Assembly (NCBI GenBank): GCA_947476015.1
Contig: CANJOS010000001.1
Coordinates: forward strand, 1-56,828
Direction of reading: 5' to 3'
Origin: Comamonadaceae bacterium
GTDB lineage: Bacteria > Pseudomonadota > Gammaproteobacteria > Burkholderiales > Burkholderiaceae_C
DNA length: 56,828 nt
Below, piece after piece: positions 19,990-29,324 of the stretch. Position numbers and translations under genes: made by a program. Numbering within the stretch: position 1 is the stretch's first letter; the number at the start of each line of letters is the position of its first letter. The notes under the pieces were generated by a model that saw only the letters and a program-made list of their open reading frames with translations, made no database searches and was not told the DNA's origin.

Positions 19990-20089
19990 TTTATTTTCCT
20001 TGACTTTGATTAAATCCAATAGTCCATGCAACTCCGCTGCTTCACAATGGACTTCATGAAAGGCTTGATGGCCATGTGTTCTGGGTTCA

Positions 20090-21940
20090 CTAGAAAGCAT
20101 CCTCCGCAAGGTTGGCACACGTCATATCGCGTCTGCTGACAACTTGCAACCATGCATCAATTTTAGGCAGTTCATAGTGAAAGAAATATTGGGCGGCTGC
20201 CATCCGTCCAACATGGGCTGACGACACAGACTCGCGGCAAGAGGTACTCACGTCAAGCCAAATCCAAGACACAACCAAATGCCCAAAGGCTTGCAAGTAG
20301 GGCACCGCATTGGCCAAAGCTTCTTGGGCTTGACCTGTGGACCAAGCCAATTGGGTGGCAGCAGTGACCTTGTTCAAGGCTTCTTTCAAGGACAGGGCAT
20401 GGACCGCTGATTCTGGCAAGGCCATGGCTTTCTCAGCAGAGGCATGCATTCGCGCCGCCAGCAATTTGAATCCTCTGCCCTCTTCCATCAAAACCTTTCG
20501 ACCCAATAAATCCATGGCTTGAATGCCATGCGTGCCTTCATGAATCATGTTGAGCCGGTTGTCTCGCCAATATTGTTCAACAGGAAAATCGCGGGTATAA
20601 CCATAACCCCCATGAATTTGAATGGCCAAACTGTTGGCTTCCAAACACCACTCACTGGGAAAACTTTTGGCAATCGGTGTTAACACTTCCAACAGCAAGC
20701 GTGCTTCGTTGGCAGATTCAGTGCTGCCTGTATGCTGTTCATCAACCAATTTGGCGCAGTACAACTCAAGGGCCAAGGCGCCTTCACAGTATGATTTTTG
20801 GGCCAGCAGCATGCGCTTGACATCGGCGTGCTCAATGATTCTCACTTGCGCCTGAGCTGCGTCCTTCACCACTTTTTGAGTGCCTCCTGCGACAGGGCGG
20901 CCTTGAGGTCTGTTTTTCGCATACGTCAGGCTGGCTTCATAGCCCGCCATTCCCAGCATCGTAGCGGCCATGCCAACGCCGATTCGGGCTTCGTTCATCA
21001 TGTGGAACATGTAGCTTAAACCTTTGCCGGGTTCCCCCACCAAGTAGCCCACTGCACCGCTGCCATCCGATAGGCTGTTGTCTGTGATCACAGGATACTT
21101 GCCTTCTCCAAAATTGAGCAGCGTATTGGTGGTGCCACGCCAGCCACATTTGTGATTCAAACCGGCCAGCGCCACGTCATTTCGCTCGCCTGATAACTCA
21201 CCCTTTGAATTGACCATCTTTTTGGGCACGATGAAAAGTGAAATGCCCTTGACGCCAGGAATCAGTTGGCCATCAGCGTCCGGAATTTTGGCCAAGACCA
21301 AGTGAATGATGTTTTCTGTGAGTTCATGCTCTCCTGCGGAGATCCACATCTTGTTGCCTCTGAGACGATAGCGAGGACCTAAAGCATCTGAAGAAAAAGT
21401 CTCACCATCGGGTGTGGCCCTTGTGAGCACATCGCTCAAAGAAGAGCCTGCTTGCGGCTCAGACAAGCACATGGTGCCCGACCATCGACCTGAGAATTCA
21501 TTCAACGCAAAAACTTGTTTTTGTAAATCACTGCCGTGGGCCATGAGAAGGTTTGCATTGCCCACAGTCAGCAAGCCCGAACCCATACTGACAGATGCCA
21601 TGGCAAAGAACGAGTTGGCAGCGGCCTCAAGGGTGTAGGGCAATTGCATGCCCCCAATGTCATAGTCTTGCGATGCACTCAGCATGCCCGATTCAGCATA
21701 AGCTTGATGCGCATCGTGAGTGGCCTTGGGCAAAATAACTTTCTCGCCATCAAACCTAGGCTCTTCAATGTCCACCAAGCGATTGAAGGGTGCATATTTT
21801 TCACGTGCAATGCGCTCACATGTGTCCAGAACGGCATCAAAAGTTTCGCGGTTGTGATCTGAAAAACGGGCGCGTTTTTGAAAATTGGACACATCCAACC
21901 ATTCATAAAGCAAGAAATCCAATGTTGATCTATGGCTCAT
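20090..21940 (-). CDS. Long-form acyl-CoA dehydrogenase (DmdC/FadE5-like)
   Basis: GTMCLSEPQAGS, KMWISAGEH, GISLFIVPK, MFHMMNEARIG, QIHGGYGY, IHEGTHGIQ. Confidence 0.92.
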   Translation of the reverse strand: MSHRSTLDFLLYEWLDVSNFQKRARFSDHNRETFDAVLDTCERIAREKYAPFNRLVDIEEPRFDGEKVILPKATHDAHQAYAESGMLSASQDYDIGGMQLPYTLEAAANSFFAMASVSMGSGLLTVGNANLLMAHGSDLQKQVFALNEFSGRWSGTMCLSEPQAGSSLSDVLTRATPDGETFSSDALGPRYRLRGNKMWISAGEHELTENIIHLVLAKIPDADGQLIPGVKGISLFIVPKKMVNSKGELSGERNDVALAGLNHKCGWRGTTNTLLNFGEGKYPVITDNSLSDGSGAVGYLVGEPGKGLSYMFHMMNEARIGVGMAATMLGMAGYEASLTYAKNRPQGRPVAGGTQKVVKDAAQAQVRIIEHADVKRMLLAQKSYCEGALALELYCAKLVDEQHTGSTESANEARLLLEVLTPIAKSFPSEWCLEANSLAIQIHGGYGYTRDFPVEQYWRDNRLNMIHEGTHGIQAMDLLGRKVLMEEGRGFKLLAARMHASAEKAMALPESAVHALSLKEALNKVTAATQLAWSTGQAQEALANAVPYLQAFGHLVVSWIWLDVSTSCRESVSSAHVGRMAAAQYFFHYELPKIDAWLQVVSRRDMTCANLAEDAF

Positions 21941-21957
21941 CAAAAAGTGTGTCCACG

Positions 21958-22000
21958 AAAAATAAAAAACGGGCGACCTGCATGGCTAGCGGGTTGCCCG
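21958..22000 (-). terminator. Putative intrinsic terminator or attenuating hairpin after the thiolase gene
   Basis: Minus strand CGGGCAACCCGC-TAGCCAT-GCAGGTCGCCCG followed by TTTTTTATTTTT. Two mismatches in the stem. Confidence 0.6.
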
Positions 22001-22019
22001 ATGGATAGAAAGTTCCAGG

Positions 22020-23195
22020 CTAGAGCACTTCAAAAATACCGCAAGCACCCATGCCGCCACCAATGCACATGGTCACTGCCACACGCTTGGCTCCGCGGCG
22101 TTTCCCTTCAATGAGTGCATGGCCAGTTAAACGTTGACCGCTCACACCGTAGGGATGGCCCACGGCGATGGCTCCGCCATTCACGTTCAACCGATCGGGG
22201 GGAATGCCCAAGGTATCGCGGCAGTACAAAACCTGAACCGCAAACGCTTCATTCAATTCCCACAAATCGATGTCCGAGACTTTCAGCCCCAATCTGGCCA
22301 AAACTTTTGGCACGGCATAGACCGGGCCAATGCCCATTTCATCAGGTTCACAACCAGCAACGGCAAAACCTAAGAAACGGCCAAGAGGCTTCAAGCCGCG
22401 TTTTTCTGCCAGTGTTTCGTCCATGACAACACAGGCACCTGCGCCGTCCGAAAACTGGCTGGCATTGCCGGCAGAAATCAGCCCGCCAGGCAAGGCTGAA
22501 CGCAGTCCCGAAATAGCTTCAATGGTCGTGCCTTCACGCAAGCCTTCGTCTCGACTGACCGTCACTTGTTTGGTCATCATGCCCATGACTTTGTCAATGA
22601 CGCCTGCGGACACTGTGATGGGCGCAATTTCAGCGTCGAACAAACCTGCAGTCTGTGCAGCACAAGCTTTTTGCTGACTGCCTGCACCATATTCGTCCAT
22701 GCGATCACGCCCGATTTTGTAGCGCTTGGCCACTTGCTCAGCCGTTTGAAGCATGCTCCAGTAGATCTCAGGCTTGATCTTGTTCAAGGAGAGATCCTGC
22801 AGCATGTGTTGGTTGATTTCTTGCTGAACACAAGAAATGCTTTCCACGCCTCCCGCCACATAGACCTGACCTTCCCCAGCAATGATGCGTTGGGCAGCCA
22901 AAGCAATGGTCTGTAATCCAGAGGAACAGAAGCGATTGACTGTGAGGCCGGACACAGAAACTGGCAAGCCTGCTTTCAAAGCAATTTGACGTGCAATGTT
23001 GGCACCGGTGGCACCTTCTGGCGTGGCGCAACCCATGATGACGTCTTCAACTTCTGCCGCTTCAATGCCTGCGCGTTGAACAGCGTGTTGAACCGCATGG
23101 CCACCCAAAGTGGCGCCATGGGTCATGTTAAAAGCACCTTTCCAGCTCTTGGCCAGAGGTGTGCGAGCGGTCGAAACTATGACGGCGTTGGACAT
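22020..23195 (-). CDS. Acetyl-CoA C-acyltransferase (thiolase, FadA-like)
   Basis: NRFCSSG, NEAFA, GHPYG, CIGGG. Confidence 0.95.
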   Translation of the reverse strand: MSNAVIVSTARTPLAKSWKGAFNMTHGATLGGHAVQHAVQRAGIEAAEVEDVIMGCATPEGATGANIARQIALKAGLPVSVSGLTVNRFCSSGLQTIALAAQRIIAGEGQVYVAGGVESISCVQQEINQHMLQDLSLNKIKPEIYWSMLQTAEQVAKRYKIGRDRMDEYGAGSQQKACAAQTAGLFDAEIAPITVSAGVIDKVMGMMTKQVTVSRDEGLREGTTIEAISGLRSALPGGLISAGNASQFSDGAGACVVMDETLAEKRGLKPLGRFLGFAVAGCEPDEMGIGPVYAVPKVLARLGLKVSDIDLWELNEAFAVQVLYCRDTLGIPPDRLNVNGGAIAVGHPYGVSGQRLTGHALIEGKRRGAKRVAVTMCIGGGMGACGIFEVL

Positions 23196-23210
23196 TTTGA
23201 GTACCTCTGA

Positions 23211-25322
23211 TCAGTTGAAGTTTTTGCCTTCGGCCACCAAACGGGCCAAAAGCGGAGCAGGTTGCCAGAAAGCGGCATCGTCGTGAGGATTTTTGGCAAA
23301 GCGTTTCATGGCTTCAGCCACGTTGAACAGGCCGACCTGGTCGGCATACTGCATCGGGCCACCCCGGAAAATGGGAAAGCCATACCCAGTGAGGTAGACC
23401 ATGTCGATGTCGCTGGCCTTGCCCGCAATGCCCTCTTCCAAAATGTGGGCGGCTTCATTGATCAGTGAGTAGACCAATCGTTGAACAATTTCTTCGTCTG
23501 AAATTTTGCGGGCAGTGATGCCTTCTGCGGCGCGATGTTTTTCAATCATCTCAACCACCAGCAAACTGGGAATGGCATCGCGCTTACCCGCCTGATAGTC
23601 GTACCAACCGGCACCTGTCTTTTGACCATAGCGGCCCAACTCGCACAAGAGGTCGGCTGTTTTGCTGTACTTCATACCCGGCCGCTCTACATTGCGACGC
23701 TTTCGAATGGCCCAACCAATGTCGTTACCGGCCAAGTCACCCATGCGGAAAGGGCCCATGGCAAAACCAAACTTTTCGACGGCTTTGTCGACCTGAGCAG
23801 GTGTACAACCCTCTTCAATGAGGAAGCCGGCTTGGCGGCTGTATTGCTCAATCATGCGATTGCCAATGAAGCCATCGCAGACACCTGAAACAACGGCTGT
23901 CTTCTTGATCTTCTTGCCCAGAGCCATCACAGTGGCCAGCACGTCTTTGCCAGTTTTGGCACCACGCACCACTTCCAACAATTTCATCACGTTGGCGGGG
24001 CTGAAAAAGTGCATGCCCACCACATCCTCGGGACGCTTGGTGAACGATGCAATTGTGTTGACATCCAATGTGGAGGTATTGGAAGCCAAGATGGCACCGG
24101 GTTTCATGACTTCATCGAGTTTCTTGAAAACGGCCTCTTTCACGCCCATTTCTTCAAACACCGCTTCAATGACCAGGTCGGCGCTGCCGATGTCGTCGTA
24201 GCTCAATGTGGTGCTAAGCAAGGCCATGCGCTGATCGTATTTGTCTTGTTTGAGTTTGCCTTTTTTAACTTGTGATTCGTAGTTCTTGCGGATAGTGGCC
24301 AAGCCTCGATCCAAGGCTTCTTGTTTCATCTCGAGCATCTTGACAGGAATACCTGCATTCAAGAAGTTCATAGAGATGCCGCCGCCCATGGTGCCTGCGC
24401 CGATGACGGCAACAGAAGAAATATTGCGCTTGGGTGTGTCTTCTGGCACATCTGCAATTTTGGAGGCGGCTCGGTCGGCCATGAAAATGTGACGCAGCGC
24501 ATTCGATTCAGGGGTGAACATCAGATTGGTGAATATTTCACGCTCGAAGACCATGCCATCTTCAAATTTTTTCTGGGTGGCGGCTTCCACTGCATCAACA
24601 CACTTGACGGGTGCTGGGAAATTTTTGGCCATGCCTTTGACCATGTTGCGTGCGAATTGGAAATAAGCATCGCCTTGGGGATGCTTGCAGGACAAATTGC
24701 GCACCAAAGGCAAGGCAGCGCCATCAGCATGCTGTGACGCCAATTCTTTGGCATAAGCCAATGCTTCTGCTTCTAAGGCTTCAACCGATGTGGCCATTCG
24801 ATCGAATAATTTTTGACCCGGCAACATCGCCAGCATTTCACTGTTGATGGGTTCGCCGCTCACGATCATGTTGAGTGCCGGCTCTACGCCCAACACGCGT
24901 GGCAAACGTTGAGTACCGCCAGCCCCAGGAATCAGCCCCAATTTGACTTCCGGCAGTGCCACTTTACAAGCTGGGGCCGCAATTCGGTAGTGACATCCCA
25001 AGGCCAATTCCAATCCACCGCCCATGGCAACTGAATGAACTGCGGCCAAAACTGGCTTTGATGAGTTTTCACAGGCGCGAATGACGCTGAGCAGATTGGG
25101 CTCTTGAATGGCTTTGGGTGAACCAAATTCACGGATGTCCGCACCGCCCGAAAAAGCTTTTCCAGCACCTGTGATGATGATGGATTTAACGCCTGCATCC
25201 GCATTGGCTTTGGCCAGTCCATCGGTGATGCCCACTCGAGTAGATAGCCTCAAGCCGTTGACAGGAGGGTTGTTCAGGGTGATCACGGCCACATCGCCTG
25301 TGACTTTGTATTCAGCGCTCAT
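23211..25322 (-). CDS. Enoyl-CoA hydratase / 3-hydroxyacyl-CoA dehydrogenase (FadB-like multifunctional enzyme)
   Basis: GGGLELAL...PEVKLG (both Glu), GAGTMG, NTS, HFFSPANVMKLLE, GFIGNR. GAGGA SD before ATG 25322. Confidence 0.95.
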   Translation of the reverse strand: MSAEYKVTGDVAVITLNNPPVNGLRLSTRVGITDGLAKANADAGVKSIIITGAGKAFSGGADIREFGSPKAIQEPNLLSVIRACENSSKPVLAAVHSVAMGGGLELALGCHYRIAAPACKVALPEVKLGLIPGAGGTQRLPRVLGVEPALNMIVSGEPINSEMLAMLPGQKLFDRMATSVEALEAEALAYAKELASQHADGAALPLVRNLSCKHPQGDAYFQFARNMVKGMAKNFPAPVKCVDAVEAATQKKFEDGMVFEREIFTNLMFTPESNALRHIFMADRAASKIADVPEDTPKRNISSVAVIGAGTMGGGISMNFLNAGIPVKMLEMKQEALDRGLATIRKNYESQVKKGKLKQDKYDQRMALLSTTLSYDDIGSADLVIEAVFEEMGVKEAVFKKLDEVMKPGAILASNTSTLDVNTIASFTKRPEDVVGMHFFSPANVMKLLEVVRGAKTGKDVLATVMALGKKIKKTAVVSGVCDGFIGNRMIEQYSRQAGFLIEEGCTPAQVDKAVEKFGFAMGPFRMGDLAGNDIGWAIRKRRNVERPGMKYSKTADLLCELGRYGQKTGAGWYDYQAGKRDAIPSLLVVEMIEKHRAAEGITARKISDEEIVQRLVYSLINEAAHILEEGIAGKASDIDMVYLTGYGFPIFRGGPMQYADQVGLFNVAEAMKRFAKNPHDDAAFWQPAPLLARLVAEGKNFN

Positions 25323-25352
25323 GCTGCAATCCTCAAAAGGTGGTGAATGTCT

Positions 25353-25378
25353 CAAAATAGAACGGCCGTTCTATTTTG
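25353..25378. promoter_or_regulatory. Perfect 26-bp palindromic operator upstream of the fadB-like gene (FadP/TetR-type site)
   Basis: CAAAATAGAACGG|CCGTTCTATTTTG, just downstream of a minus-strand TAGAAT -10 at 25384-25389. Confidence 0.8.
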
Positions 25379-25444
25379 TTCTGATTCTAAAGGGTTTTTG
25401 TGAAAAAATAAGCCCCTTGTCGCTCATGGGACGTCAGAAAAGCT

Positions 25445-26140
25445 TTAGACCTCCAGCCACTCTTTGCGAATGTAGGCGTTCTCATTCAACTCCGACGGTG
25501 AGCCATCAAAAACAATACTTCCGTGGCCCATGACCAAGGCTCGATCTGATATTTTCATGGCAATGGTCAGTTTTTGTTCGATTAAAAGGACAGAAATGCC
25601 GCGGGCCTTGAGCGCTTTTAGATATTCAGCAACCAAGGCCACAATTTTGGGTGCAAGACCCTCAGTGGGTTCATCAATGATGATCAGATCAGGATCTCCC
25701 ATGAGCGTTCGACACAGCGTCAACATTTGTTGCTCTCCGCCTGACAATACGCCTGCCTCGGTATGTTGACGTTCCAATAATCTTGGGAAAAGTGCGTACA
25801 TGTCTTCAAACGTCCAGCGACTTCCTTTGCCAGAACCCTTTTGCCCCAGCATCAAATTTTGGTGGACTGTCAATTTAGGAAAAATATCACGGTTCTCAGG
25901 GACGTAGCCTAGACCCAGATGGGCAATTTGAAACGCTTTAAGGCCAAACATGTTTTGGCCATTCCAATCGATGCGACCTTGGCAATCAACCAAGCCCATG
26001 ATGGCCTTGGCGGTGGTCGAACGTCCGGAACCGTTGCGCCCTAACAAGGCCACAATTTCTCCTGGCTTAACTCTGAAACTGACGCCATGAAGTACGTGGC
26101 TCTTGCCATAAAAAGCGTGAAGATTGTCGATGTTCAACAT
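25445..26140 (-). CDS. LIV-type ABC transporter ATP-binding protein (LivF-like)
   Basis: GRNGSGRST, LSGGEQQM, DEPTEGL, EQ switch. Confidence 0.92.
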   Translation of the reverse strand: MLNIDNLHAFYGKSHVLHGVSFRVKPGEIVALLGRNGSGRSTTAKAIMGLVDCQGRIDWNGQNMFGLKAFQIAHLGLGYVPENRDIFPKLTVHQNLMLGQKGSGKGSRWTFEDMYALFPRLLERQHTEAGVLSGGEQQMLTLCRTLMGDPDLIIIDEPTEGLAPKIVALVAEYLKALKARGISVLLIEQKLTIAMKISDRALVMGHGSIVFDGSPSELNENAYIRKEWLEV

Positions 26141-26141
26141 C

Positions 26142-26912
26142 TCAATGCGCCCCCGACTGATCTTCATCAGCATGCGTGCCAAGATAAGCCTCTTGAACTT
26201 TGGAATTGGTCCGAACTGCTTCAGGGACGTCATAGGCAATGACCTCGCCATAAACTACCACCGCAATTTTGTCAGCCAGTCCAAAGACAACACCCATGTC
26301 GTGTTCCACGGTGAGCAAAGTTTTGCCGATCGTCACTTCTTTGATCAAGTTGATGAAACGACTGGTTTCACTTTTGCTCATGCCAGCCGTTGGTTCGTCT
26401 AGCAAGATAACTTGTGCGCCACCCGCGATGGTGATGCCAATTTCTAGCGCTCGCTGCTCTGCATAAGTGAGATTCATGGCCAAGAGGTCTCGTTTCTTGT
26501 CCAGGCGAATCATTTCCATGTATTTTTCTGCTAAGTCGTTGGCGTCAGTGAGGCCGGATAAAAATTTCAAGAAAGTGTACTTGTAGCCCAAACTCCAGAG
26601 GACAGCGCAACGCAGATTTTCAAACACACTGAGCTTGGGGAAAATGTTCGTGATTTGAAAACTGCGCGACAGACCTAAGCGATTGATCTCATAAGGCGCT
26701 TTGTTTTCAATGTGTTGGCCGTTCAATAAAATAGAACCACTGGTCGGACTAAATCTGCCACTGATTAAGTTAAAGAGGGTTGATTTCCCTGCGCCGTTTG
26801 GCCCGATGATGGCCACTCGCTCACCTTCATTCACAGCCAAACTGGCGCCCCGAATGATTTCGGTTTTACCAAAGTTTTTTCGCAGATCTATCAGTTCAAG
26901 CGCATAAGACAT
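26142..26912 (-). CDS. LIV-type ABC transporter ATP-binding protein (LivG-like)
   Basis: GPNGAGKST, RSFQ, LLDEPTAGM, VEHDM, VQEAYLG. Confidence 0.92.
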   Translation of the reverse strand: MSYALELIDLRKNFGKTEIIRGASLAVNEGERVAIIGPNGAGKSTLFNLISGRFSPTSGSILLNGQHIENKAPYEINRLGLSRSFQITNIFPKLSVFENLRCAVLWSLGYKYTFLKFLSGLTDANDLAEKYMEMIRLDKKRDLLAMNLTYAEQRALEIGITIAGGAQVILLDEPTAGMSKSETSRFINLIKEVTIGKTLLTVEHDMGVVFGLADKIAVVVYGEVIAYDVPEAVRTNSKVQEAYLGTHADEDQSGAH

Positions 26913-28198
26913 CACGCTGTCTCCCGACGTTTAATTTCTTTTTCAATGTCAATTTGAATCACTTCCCACTCAACTAAAAAATGTCGTCGGGTCGCTTCAA
27001 ACAAACCGATGCCAGTGAGCATGATAAAAAACGCACCAAACCAACTGTCGGTGCCTTTGGCATTCAAGGGGACGCCCATGAATTTAAGTTGCTCGCCGAA
27101 TGCGGAATTCAACTGGAGGTGGTAAACCATTTCAATCATGGCACCTGCGCCAATCAGCGCCATCAAGGCCGTGACAAGAAGCCCCAGATAACTGACCCAA
27201 ATTTGCTTTAATTTTCCAAACGCAGCAACACGCAAATTCATCATGATCAAACTGGCAATACCGCCGGGTGCATACATCACCATGAACAAAAACAGAAGAC
27301 CCAAATAAAGGAACCAAGCCTTGGTAAATTCCGACAGGAGAACGAATGCCAAGACCATCAAGATGCCGCCAATGATGGGGCCAAAAAAGAAAGTGGCACC
27401 ACCCAAAAAGGTAAACAGCAAGTAGCCGCCAGAGCGGCCCGTGCCCACCACTTCGGCGGTGACTATTTCAAAATTCAATGCGCCCAACCCCCCCGAAATG
27501 CCCGCAAAGAAACCGGCAATGATGAAGGCAAAGTACCTAACACGTTGCGTGTTATAGCCAATGAATTCAACACGCTCGGGATTGTCGCGAACGGCATTCA
27601 AAATGCGACCCAGGGGTGTTTGTGTGAAGGCATACATCAAAGCCACACAAATGAAGGTGTAAATGGCGATCAAATAGTAAATTTGAATTTGTGGACCAAA
27701 GCTGATGCCCCAAACGGACTGACCTGCCACCCGATTGCCGGAGATACCGGCTTCACCGCCAAAAAACTCGGAAAACATCAAGGACATGGCAAAGACAAGC
27801 TCCGCAATTCCCAAGGTAATCATGGCAAAGGGGGTGCCTGATTTTTTGGTGGTGACAAAACCAAGCAACACGGCAAAGCCCATGCCCGCGAGGCCGCCTA
27901 CCAAGGGCAACAGGCTGACAGGAATGCTGGAATGTCCTGCACTGACCGCATTGAGCGCATGAATGGCCATGAAAGAGCCCAGGCCCGTATAAACGGCATG
28001 CCCAAAACTCAACATACCACCCTGCCCCAATAACATGTTGTAGGAAAGACAGGCGATGATGGCAATGCCCATTTGTGCCAACATGGTGCCCGCCAAGTTG
28101 CTGGTGAAAACCAAGGGGGCGAAGAAAAGGACGACGGCGAACGAACCCCAAATAAGCCAGCGGCCGACGTTGTATGGTTTAAAGGTGTAGTGTGTCAT
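26912..28198 (-). CDS. LIV-type ABC transporter permease (LivM-like)
   Basis: LLGQGGMLSFGHA, FAMITL, AVRDNPER; multiple TM segments. Confidence 0.9.
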   Translation of the reverse strand: MTHYTFKPYNVGRWLIWGSFAVVLFFAPLVFTSNLAGTMLAQMGIAIIACLSYNMLLGQGGMLSFGHAVYTGLGSFMAIHALNAVSAGHSSIPVSLLPLVGGLAGMGFAVLLGFVTTKKSGTPFAMITLGIAELVFAMSLMFSEFFGGEAGISGNRVAGQSVWGISFGPQIQIYYLIAIYTFICVALMYAFTQTPLGRILNAVRDNPERVEFIGYNTQRVRYFAFIIAGFFAGISGGLGALNFEIVTAEVVGTGRSGGYLLFTFLGGATFFFGPIIGGILMVLAFVLLSEFTKAWFLYLGLLFLFMVMYAPGGIASLIMMNLRVAAFGKLKQIWVSYLGLLVTALMALIGAGAMIEMVYHLQLNSAFGEQLKFMGVPLNAKGTDSWFGAFFIMLTGIGLFEATRRHFLVEWEVIQIDIEKEIKRRETA

Positions 28199-28204
28199 CT
28201 TGCT

Positions 28205-29239
28205 TTAACCTTCTCTTGTGCCCAAAAGGCCTTTGGGTCGGAAAATTAAGATCAACACCAAAAATAAGTAGGGCAAGATAGGCGCCACTTGAGAGATCGT
28301 GAGTTTGAGAAAGGAGTTACTTTTTGCAGTATCTGAAAGTGTCCAGCCCAAGCTTTGCGCCACACTGATGAAAGAATAATCAAAGGCAATGGCAAAGGTT
28401 TGAATCAAACCGATCAGAACTGAGGCTAAAAATGCGCCAGACAAAGAACCCATGCCCCCCACCACCACCACCACAAAAATCACAGAGCCCACAGTGGCCC
28501 CCATGGCCGGTTCTGTGACAAAAGTGCTGCCGCCAATCACACCTGCCAAACCAGCCAAACCTGTGCCAGCACCAAACACCAACATCAAAACACGCGGCAC
28601 GTTATGCCCCAAGGATTCAACCGCCTCAGGGTGAGTCAGTGCCGCTTGAATGACCAAGCCAATGCGGGTTTTGGTGAGCAGCAACCACAGTGAAAGAAGC
28701 ATCAACAAGGCAACCATCATCATGAAGGCGCGTGTTGCGGGAAAGGGTGAGCACACCAGACGAATGGCGTCATCTGCAGTTTTGCACATTTCAGCAGGTA
28801 CAGCGCCCCAAAAAAAATGCAGACCATCGATTGAATGATTCACCAAGGTGAATGCGGCGCCTCTGAGAGCGTCTGGCGGGTTGAACTCGACTGCTGTCCT
28901 CCCCCAGACGAGTTGTACCAATTCATAAACGATGTATGACAGCCCAAACGTTACAAGCAATTCGGGCACATGACCAAATTTATGAACTTTTCGAAGGGTC
29001 AGACGCTCAAAAATGACACCACATCCGCCCACCAAAAAGGGCGCAATGAACAAGGCTGGCCAAAAACCAATCCATTTTGAAAGGGTGTAGCCAAAATAGG
29101 CGCCGATCATGTAAAAAGACGCATGTGCAAAATTCAAAACGCCCATCATGCTGAAGATCAGTGTCAGCCCTGAACTGAGCATGAACAACAACAACCCGTA
29201 GCTCAAACCATTGAGCAGGGAGATGAGGAAAAACTCCAT
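28205..29239 (-). CDS. LIV-type ABC transporter permease (LivH-like)
   Basis: GLTLIFSMMGVLNFAH, VVVGGMGS, RPKGLLG. Confidence 0.9.
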   Translation of the reverse strand: MEFFLISLLNGLSYGLLLFMLSSGLTLIFSMMGVLNFAHASFYMIGAYFGYTLSKWIGFWPALFIAPFLVGGCGVIFERLTLRKVHKFGHVPELLVTFGLSYIVYELVQLVWGRTAVEFNPPDALRGAAFTLVNHSIDGLHFFWGAVPAEMCKTADDAIRLVCSPFPATRAFMMMVALLMLLSLWLLLTKTRIGLVIQAALTHPEAVESLGHNVPRVLMLVFGAGTGLAGLAGVIGGSTFVTEPAMGATVGSVIFVVVVVGGMGSLSGAFLASVLIGLIQTFAIAFDYSFISVAQSLGWTLSDTAKSNSFLKLTISQVAPILPYLFLVLILIFRPKGLLGTREG

Positions 29240-29273
29240 AACACTACTTTCTGCACATTGCGGAAATCAACTC

Positions 29274-29309
29274 AAAAAAAGGGCCCGATCTGCAGAGACT
29301 CGGGCCCTT
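29274..29309 (-). terminator. Intrinsic terminator-like hairpin after the substrate-binding protein gene
   Basis: 10-bp stem AAGGGCCCGA/TCGGGCCCTT running into a 7-T tract on the minus strand. Confidence 0.75.
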
Positions 29310-29324
29310 CAAGAAGCGGGAAAA

